A DNA stretch of 61,854 nucleotides from contig JAHFGV010000011.1 in the NCBI GenBank assembly GCA_023247255.1, positions 1 to 61,854 on the forward strand, written 5' to 3'. The notes below the pieces were generated by a model. That model saw nothing but the letters and a program-made list of their open reading frames with translations. It did no database searches and was not told the origin of the DNA. The DNA is from Candidatus Omnitrophota bacterium (lineage in GTDB: Bacteria > Omnitrophota > Gorgyraeia > Aquiviventales > Aquiviventaceae). Both the position numbers and the translations under genes were made by a program. Below, one piece after another: positions 55,806 through 61,854 of the stretch. Numbering within the stretch: the stretch's first letter is position 1; each line of letters begins with the position of its first letter.

Positions 55806-57485
55806 TTATTCTGAGGGCTGTTGGGCGAGCTGATCGTCCACAGGACTCATGAGCTGCGCGGTGACAAAGATGAGCAGGTTCGACCGCTCAATCGAATTAT
55901 CCTCTTTCTGGAATAACTTTCCCAAGATGGGAATCTTACCAAGCAGCGGCACCTGGGTAAGCGTCTTAGTGGTCGTATCCTTCATCAGGCCTCCCAGAAC
56001 AACGGTCTGACCGTTTTCAACCACCACGCTGGTCTCAAGATCCCGGGAGGTAAACCGAGGGATGCTGACTTCTCCGCCGAATGAGTCGTCCGTTTTCTTC
56101 TCACTCACCGCAGGCTTCAGGGCTAAGGTGATGGTCTTTAAATCCTGCCCTACGCTGGGGGTCACATGCAGCAGAATGCCAAGGTCCTTAGTCACAAAAT
56201 CCTGGGGAACGTTGACGAAACGCGTTTCTCGGATGCTACTCACGACGTCATTGAAGTCACCGTCCCCGTTGAGATCCTCTCGCTTGACCGAGGCTTCATA
56301 TTTGGTGGCATAGACAAACTCCGTCACGACTTTGATCGTGGCCGTTTGGTTATTCAGCGTGGTCAGGCGCGGGGCGGAAAGTGTCTTGGTCTTTTTGTGT
56401 TGCATCAGGGCGTGCAAGACCGATGAGTACTGGGTCCCGGTAAGAATGCCCTGAAATGTCAGATTCAAACCGCTGCCTGAGGCTTGAGTGCTGAAATTTG
56501 AAAAATCGATCTTACTGCCCCGCGCCAAGGAACTCCCGACGCTGGACAATTGCAGAGCCGGTCCGAGAGTATCATTCCGGCCTAGCTTCTTAGTCAGGGA
56601 TGCATTTCCAGTCAGTTGCTCATCCAAGGCCCACTCTTTGGTATTTGTGACAGTCACCTCAAGGAACCGAGCCTCGATGAGTATTTGCAAAGGCGTGACG
56701 TCCAATTGTTTCAGAAGCTGTTCGATCTGCTTAAGGTAATAGGGGGCATGGGTCGCGATCAAAGCACCGCTGCGTTCATCCAAAAGAAGCGAGCTGTTGG
56801 GTATTTCAGGAATCACCTCTATCAACAAATCCCGGATAGTTTTTAACTCGCGTATCCTCGGAGTCCCCAGGGCCACCCCCTGGCGGGTTTCGCTCAAAGG
56901 CTCAAACGCAGCAAACAGACCGGGTCCCTGATTGAGAAAAAACACGCGGGTTTGGAGCGGTTCAGATTCCATCTCGTCTTGGGTAGCCACCCAAATGGTT
57001 TGCTCATCAATCCAAAATAAAAAGCCTTGGAGCTTGACGAGATAGTCCAAGGCTCGATACAGAGGCATATCGACCAGATGCACCGTCACCGGTTTGGCGA
57101 GCTCCTTGGCTTTCTCCGAAAGGATGATATTCACCTTGGCGCTTTCGGAGAGAATCTCAATGGCCGATGCAAAGTCCAACTCCTGAAAATCGACGCTGAG
57201 GGGTTGTGTCAAACGCTCCTGAATATTCGTACTGCGGAGCCCATCGGGATGAGCCTGTGGCACCGATAGGTCAGCCCCCCCAGTGGAGACGACATCCCGC
57301 CCACCCAATCGGCTGTTAACTGCCGTGTCGTCTACGGCTTTCGGCCGTGGCTCAATGGCGGGGTTGCGCTGCTGTTCGGCCTGCACACCGAGTGAGGAAA
57401 CCATAAAGAAGGCCAGCACCATGAAGCCGCAGGACTGTGCAGACTGGGCCATTCTCTTTTCCGCTTCCCCCAGGGTCCCATCCAC
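55806..57485 (-). CDS. secretin-family outer-membrane channel (paralogue B), not part of the pilMNOPQ operon
   Basis: Secretin-N module (LSVDFQELDFASAIEILS) and a C-terminal secretin domain (VPLLGKIPILGKLFQ). The probable start is M12 (MAQSAQSCGFMVLAFF..). It carries repeat copy C after the signal peptide. Confidence 0.85.
   Translation of the reverse strand: MDGTLGEAEKRMAQSAQSCGFMVLAFFMVSSLGVQAEQQRNPAIEPRPKAVDDTAVNSRLGGRDVVSTGGADLSVPQAHPDGLRSTNIQERLTQPLSVDFQELDFASAIEILSESAKVNIILSEKAKELAKPVTVHLVDMPLYRALDYLVKLQGFLFWIDEQTIWVATQDEMESEPLQTRVFFLNQGPGLFAAFEPLSETRQGVALGTPRIRELKTIRDLLIEVIPEIPNSSLLLDERSGALIATHAPYYLKQIEQLLKQLDVTPLQILIEARFLEVTVTNTKEWALDEQLTGNASLTKKLGRNDTLGPALQLSSVGSSLARGSKIDFSNFSTQASGSGLNLTFQGILTGTQYSSVLHALMQHKKTKTLSAPRLTTLNNQTATIKVVTEFVYATKYEASVKREDLNGDGDFNDVVSSIRETRFVNVPQDFVTKDLGILLHVTPSVGQDLKTITLALKPAVSEKKTDDSFGGEVSIPRFTSRDLETSVVVENGQTVVLGGLMKDTTTKTLTQVPLLGKIPILGKLFQKEDNSIERSNLLIFVTAQLMSPVDDQLAQQPSE
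57251..57367. repeat. ~115-nt interspersed repeat, diverged copy C, in frame within the secretin N-terminus
   Basis: gagcctgtggcaccg...gacatcccgcccaccc...ctttcggccgtggc...ggggttg. Encodes NPAIEPRPKAVDDTAVNSRLGGRDVVSTGGADLSVPQAHP. Confidence 0.75.
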
Positions 57486-57554
57486 GCTCTCACAATCTGC
57501 GAGAATCTTGCACTGGACAGCCCTTTTAAGCTCGATGATAAGGCGTTTGTGTCC

Positions 57555-59801
57555 CTACGTCGTCTGCCCACGCGAACTTAAGACACGGGCGGTAATAAAA
57601 ATAATCAGGTTCTTACGCGTGCTGGTTTCCTTCGACTGACGGAATAATCCACCGATAAGCGGCAGATCCCCCAAGACGGGAATTTTCGTAGTATCCTCAG
57701 AAGTGGAATCCGTCATCAATCCCCCCAGCATAACCGTCTGTCCATCTTCAATCACCACGCTCGTGGTGAGTTGGCTTGAGGTAAACTCCGGCACAGTGAC
57801 CCCGCCTCCAAGGTTGCGGAACTGGCTGAACTGGCTTACCTCCGGCGCCAACACCAGCGTAATGGTCTTGAGGTCCTTTCCGATGCTGGGTGTGACATAT
57901 AAAAGAATGCCGATGTCCCTGGCCTGGAGATCTTGGGGAACGTTGGCAAATTCGGTTTCCCCAGCGTCATCAAAATCCCCGTCCCCGTTGATGTCGAATT
58001 GAACCAGGGAGACTTCGTAGCGAGTGGGGTAGCGGAATTCATCCACGACCCGAATCGCCGCGGTCTTGTTGTTCAACGTCGTGACCCGAGGGGACGATAG
58101 GGTTTTGCTCTTTTTTGTCTCATCCAGCATGTGCAGCACCGTTTCAAACTGGGTGCCTGTAAGCACTCCCTGAAGGGTGAGGTTGAGCCCCTCATCCTCA
58201 CGCGCCAGAGCGGGAAACTTAAACCCGCTTCCGCTGTTGAGTTGATGCCCGGCGCCGCGCGAGACTAGATCCGGATCCCCTTTCTTGCTCAATGAAACGT
58301 TACCCGTCAGCACGGACTCCATCGCCAACTGCTCGAGCTCAGTCATCACCAGCTCGATAAAACGCGTCTCGATGAGAACCTGCACCGGGGTAACATCCAA
58401 CTGACTCAGCAGTTGCTCGGTTAAAGCAAGGTTTTCGCTGGTGTTGGACATAATCAACGCCCCGCTGCGCTCGTCAATCACCAGTTTGCTGTTTGCGGGC
58501 TGTGGAATGGCCTTCTCAATGAGTTCCTTCAACGGTTCCATGGCCAGAACGGGATTACCCTCAACCGCTGAGGCCTCCAGGGCATAGGGGCCCAGTCCAT
58601 TGCGCAGAAAGAAAACGCGCGTTTCCATAGGGGCGTGGCTCATCTGCTCCTGCGTTGCTAAGAGGATGACGTCATCATCGATGCGCCAGGTCAGTGATTG
58701 ACTTTTAGCGAGATATTTGATCGCCATTTCTAAAGGCATATCCTGCGCCTTGATGGAAACGCGACGCCCCTTCAGATCCAATTCCGGAGACGGGATGATG
58801 CTCACCCCGACCCCATCTGCAAGAAATTCCAGCACATCCCCCAGAGCCACGTCGTCGAACTGAAACGAGAGCGGCTCCCGCAGCTTAGATTCCATGCTCC
58901 GCTGGAGTTGACCATAAGACACTGCGGATAGAGGACGCAGGCTTTGAACGGGAGCGGGCAAAAGCTGATGTTTCAATACTTCATTCACCATCATCTGATC
59001 TTCCCGATCCACCTTTTGCTCCAAACGCGTTTGCTCTTGCTTGAGCATCTCTGCCTGTACATGGTTCATCAACTGCTCGGCCTGTCGGTTGGAAGGATCT
59101 TGAGCCAACACACGGGAGAGCAAGTCCACCGCCCTGGCATGGTCACCCCCGTAAGATGCCTGCTTGGCATACTTCAGGTTCGTCTCCAATTCCATGCGCT
59201 TCTCATTGAGCTGGCGCTCCAAATCAGTCACACGGCTAAGCTCTTGGGAAGGAGCCGTTGCCATTTGTCGTTGTTGCTGCAGCCGCTGTTTCATTTCTAT
59301 CTCCAGCAGAAGATGCTGAGCCGATGAGACCAGAGGGTGAGTGGGATCAATCAGGGGAAGTTGCTGAAAGATTTCAATGGCCTCGGCATAGGCTCCGAGC
59401 CGATAGAACGCCAGACCTCGCTGATAGAGAAGCTTGATGTTTCGCCCTCTGGCAAGCTGAAGTTGACGTTGTGCCTGTTGGTCCCGCTTGGCTTGCTGTT
59501 GGGCTTTTTCTTTAGCCAACCGAACCGCAAGGCGTTGAGCCTGTTCCACGACCTGCTTTCGTCGTTGTTGAGCGACTTGCTGCCGTTGATCCTCCAGACG
59601 CTCTTTCGCCGCCTTAAGCAACTCCTGCGTCATGATTACCAGCCGACGCCGGTCTTCTTGCAAATCACCGTCGGAAGCGGAAGGCTGACCCTCGAATGCC
59701 AACAAGGGAAGATTGGCAGACAAAAACCCTAGGGCTATCGTCCCCAAGATTCGCATCCTTAGATTTTGACTTCGCTTCATGAAATGAATCCGCATCTCCA
59801 A
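57555..59801 (-). CDS. secretin-family outer-membrane channel (paralogue A) with a ~300-aa N-terminal coiled-coil/TPR extension
   Basis: The C-terminal 450 aa are colinear and clearly homologous with paralogue B (TLNN.TA.I.VV.EF.Y...YE.S......NGDGDF.D). N-terminal TPR-like segments include GLAFYRLGAYAEAIEIFQQ. Confidence 0.85.
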   Translation of the reverse strand: MEMRIHFMKRSQNLRMRILGTIALGFLSANLPLLAFEGQPSASDGDLQEDRRRLVIMTQELLKAAKERLEDQRQQVAQQRRKQVVEQAQRLAVRLAKEKAQQQAKRDQQAQRQLQLARGRNIKLLYQRGLAFYRLGAYAEAIEIFQQLPLIDPTHPLVSSAQHLLLEIEMKQRLQQQRQMATAPSQELSRVTDLERQLNEKRMELETNLKYAKQASYGGDHARAVDLLSRVLAQDPSNRQAEQLMNHVQAEMLKQEQTRLEQKVDREDQMMVNEVLKHQLLPAPVQSLRPLSAVSYGQLQRSMESKLREPLSFQFDDVALGDVLEFLADGVGVSIIPSPELDLKGRRVSIKAQDMPLEMAIKYLAKSQSLTWRIDDDVILLATQEQMSHAPMETRVFFLRNGLGPYALEASAVEGNPVLAMEPLKELIEKAIPQPANSKLVIDERSGALIMSNTSENLALTEQLLSQLDVTPVQVLIETRFIELVMTELEQLAMESVLTGNVSLSKKGDPDLVSRGAGHQLNSGSGFKFPALAREDEGLNLTLQGVLTGTQFETVLHMLDETKKSKTLSSPRVTTLNNKTAAIRVVDEFRYPTRYEVSLVQFDINGDGDFDDAGETEFANVPQDLQARDIGILLYVTPSIGKDLKTITLVLAPEVSQFSQFRNLGGGVTVPEFTSSQLTTSVVIEDGQTVMLGGLMTDSTSEDTTKIPVLGDLPLIGGLFRQSKETSTRKNLIIFITARVLSSRGQTT

Positions 59802-59848
59802 TATCGTGTCACGTTTGATACGTTCAGATTTTCAATCGACAATCGTCT

Positions 59849-61564
59849 TCAAAGACGCTCGGCCATGGAAATGGAATCGCTGTCAGACTTCTCCATCGCG
59901 GCATTCAACACCGCTTCTTGTGCGACCACTTCCTCAAACAGATGGATCGCCTGTTCGTACTGCTCCTGCTGAAAAGCCTGTATGGCTTTGGTAAACAGTT
60001 GCTGGATTTCTTGAGTAGTCGTCTGCTCAAGCGTTTGGCGTTGCGCGGTGAGGATATCATCTCGAACCAACACAATGCGGCTGGGTTCGGGAGCATCCAA
60101 GGCTTGGGCCTGTACGACACATTGAAGGGCTTCGTTAAATTGTCCCTTCGCCGAGAGGCCGTTGGCCTTCGCTAAAAGGGCTTCGACTTTCTGTCGACGA
60201 GCCTGCTGAATCTGCTGGGCTTCCTGTTGAATCTGTTGGTACTGCTGCTCCATCTCATGACTCAGTTGCATGGCAAGCGTCCGCTGGCGCTGAAACTGAT
60301 GCTGCTCTTGAAGCAATAGGTTCTGCTGCGCTTTAACGACAACGCGTTGATGGATAGTCTCCAACTCCAGAGCCAACCTCTCAGGCAACTGGGTCAAAAC
60401 GGTGTGAAACCATTGAAGAACTTCGCTGTTGTCCAATCCTTTCGGAACGCGCTGGAACGCCTCTTCAAAGCGAATCGGCCAATCGCTCCAGGATACATCC
60501 CACTGCTCTATCCTGTGTCGGCTGGCCTCTAAAGCCTCACTCAAGGTTTGAACACGCGCCTGAAGCGCGGCATACTGACCGTCCAGTTGGGAAAGCTGTT
60601 GGCGAGCATCATTCAGGGATTGTTGTAAAGCCACGTTTTGTTGCGTGTGCTGCAAACCCATGTCATTCATGAGGTCGGCCATAGCCTGTCGCAGACTGGC
60701 CTCCTTGAGAATGAGGCGGCGCTTTTGTTCTGTGGCCTGTTGTTGTTTTAATTGCTGGGAAAAAGCCTCCTGGCGCGTAGCGAGGAGCGTTTCATATTCC
60801 CCTTGAAGCTGCTGACGATAGGCTTCAAAGGCGCTCTGGCGATCCGCCATCGCCTGTTGCAAGGTTTGTTTAACGGCCAGGATCTGCGGTTCGCCTGCTT
60901 CTATATTTTTCAAGCGTGCCAGAATCTCTTCGGTCTTCTGCTCCACTTCAAGAGCCAGGCGTTGCAATTCATTGGCCTTTAGGTCCAGCTCCTGTTGAAT
61001 CCCAGCCATCATGAGGGTGCGTTGGCGCTCATCAAATTCCCGGATTTGACGGTCAAAGTCTACAGCCATCTCTTGGGAAAGACGTTCCTGCATCAAAACC
61101 ATTTCCTGTTGCAATCGGGCTTCAAATGCGTCTCGAATCGTTTCCAAATAGGCATTCCGTTCCTGAGCCAAGGCATCCAGGTGCTGCTGAATCTGTTGTT
61201 GATTTCTCTGTCGAATCTCTCGCTCCCCATCCACCGTTACTAAAGTCGTTTTGAGTTCTTCCTGCTCGGTGAGCAACTGGTTGATTCGAAGCTGCAACTC
61301 TTTCCTGCCCTGCCAGGCTTTGAGCCATTCATTCAAAACCTGAACGACGGCCTTAGCGTCCGAAGGATAGTCGGTGACGGCAAAATCCATAAAACTGGCA
61401 GGGGAATCCACAGTAACGACCGAAGACAACCATTCTTCCGCTGTTACCCTTGAGACACCCCAGACTATCTGTCCTGCCAGCAAGAGTCCCAAACAGCTTG
61501 CGAACCGAATCCCTCTTGCCAAACGACAAGATCGGACACACCCCAAACGCCATGAGTCGCTCAT
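59849..61564 (-). CDS. large Q/E-rich coiled-coil protein with an N-terminal signal/anchor and C-terminal TPR-like repeats; function unknown
   Basis: Hydrophobic N-terminus, ~400 aa of coiled coil, and a C-terminal AKGQFNEALQCVVQAQALD / AIQAFQQEQYEQAIHLFEEV region. SD AGGAGG 4 nt upstream of the ATG. Confidence 0.6.
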   Translation of the reverse strand: MSDSWRLGCVRSCRLARGIRFASCLGLLLAGQIVWGVSRVTAEEWLSSVVTVDSPASFMDFAVTDYPSDAKAVVQVLNEWLKAWQGRKELQLRINQLLTEQEELKTTLVTVDGEREIRQRNQQQIQQHLDALAQERNAYLETIRDAFEARLQQEMVLMQERLSQEMAVDFDRQIREFDERQRTLMMAGIQQELDLKANELQRLALEVEQKTEEILARLKNIEAGEPQILAVKQTLQQAMADRQSAFEAYRQQLQGEYETLLATRQEAFSQQLKQQQATEQKRRLILKEASLRQAMADLMNDMGLQHTQQNVALQQSLNDARQQLSQLDGQYAALQARVQTLSEALEASRHRIEQWDVSWSDWPIRFEEAFQRVPKGLDNSEVLQWFHTVLTQLPERLALELETIHQRVVVKAQQNLLLQEQHQFQRQRTLAMQLSHEMEQQYQQIQQEAQQIQQARRQKVEALLAKANGLSAKGQFNEALQCVVQAQALDAPEPSRIVLVRDDILTAQRQTLEQTTTQEIQQLFTKAIQAFQQEQYEQAIHLFEEVVAQEAVLNAAMEKSDSDSISMAERL

Positions 61565-61574
61565 CTGCCTCCTA

Positions 61575-61733
61575 TTTCATGTGTTATGTGTCATGGAAGA
61601 CTGTTTCATGTTTTATGTGTCATGAGTCATGGAAAGCAAAAGAACCCCTTTGGCCATGCTTGAGATGCCTGTTTATTTTCTGCTTTTCCATGACACATAA
61701 CACATAACTCATGACACAGACGTGAGTACTACA
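61575..61733. repeat. heptamer-array palindromic element, copy R5
   Basis: (NNTCATG)n + ggaaagcaaaagaacccctttggccatgcttgagatgcctgtttattttctgcttttc + (CATGANN)n + cagacgtgagtactac. Confidence 0.85.
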
Positions 61734-61749
61734 TATTATTAGAGTGCCA

Positions 61750-61854
61750 TCACTGTGTCTTCGACGTCAACGTCAAGATCGTCGATTGGCCGGTCGATTC
61801 TTCCGATACTATCACCTGGTCTTCGGCAATGTCAAGGAGTTTGAACCCTGAAAC
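61750..61854 (-). CDS. C-terminal 34 codons of an upstream gene cut by the window edge (PilP-like beta-strand tail?)
   Basis: Minus-strand frame reads VSGFKLLDIAEDQVIVSEESTGQSTILTLTSKTQ*. It vaguely resembles the C-terminus of the PilP-like protein at 30963-31409. Confidence 0.3.
   Translation of the reverse strand, partial: VSGFKLLDIAEDQVIVSEESTGQSTILTLTSKTQ

Overview
61.9-kb chromosomal segment from a diderm bacterium. The phylum cannot be assigned from sequence alone; the window has LPS-heptose genes, three secretins, a type IV pilus and a PPi-type PFK signature. Every credible gene (about 60 CDS, 3 tRNAs, RNase P RNA) is on the minus strand, and most long plus-strand ORFs in the track are antisense shadows. 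By coordinate, the window contains: a UvrD-type helicase-nuclease, dGTPase, HIT protein and AAA ATPase; a degenerate LytM factor; a frameshifted RHS/YD remnant next to tRNA-Gly; thiE, rfaE2, gmhA, PFK, accC, accB, efp and aroQ; rmuC and an M16 peptidase; rpsU, rnpB, rnhA, tRNA-Val, tRNA-Met, rpoD and dnaG. A complete type IV pilus locus follows (pilQPONM, pilin, pilC, two pilB, a stand-alone MshEN domain, pilT, a small RHH protein). Then come rodA-mrdA-mreD-mreC-mreB, with aroA running in frame into mreB without a stop; bioD-bioF plus a possible BioU-like gene; and a LacI-family gene behind two tandem paralogous secretins and a long coiled-coil/TPR protein. No defence system, CRISPR, prophage or toxin system is recognisable. 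The unusual content is non-coding or architectural. (1) All three tRNA genes carry a duplicated 3' end plus a self-complementary arm, and two of them flank the same ~98-nt insert. (2) Two related structured leaders with c-di-GMP-I (GEMM-I)-like core boxes precede the pilin gene and the pilT/pilB operon, whose ATPases carry MshEN-type motifs. (3) Several families of palindromic mini-elements are present, including a heptamer-array family (5 copies) and a ~115-nt repeat inserted in frame into two protein-coding genes.
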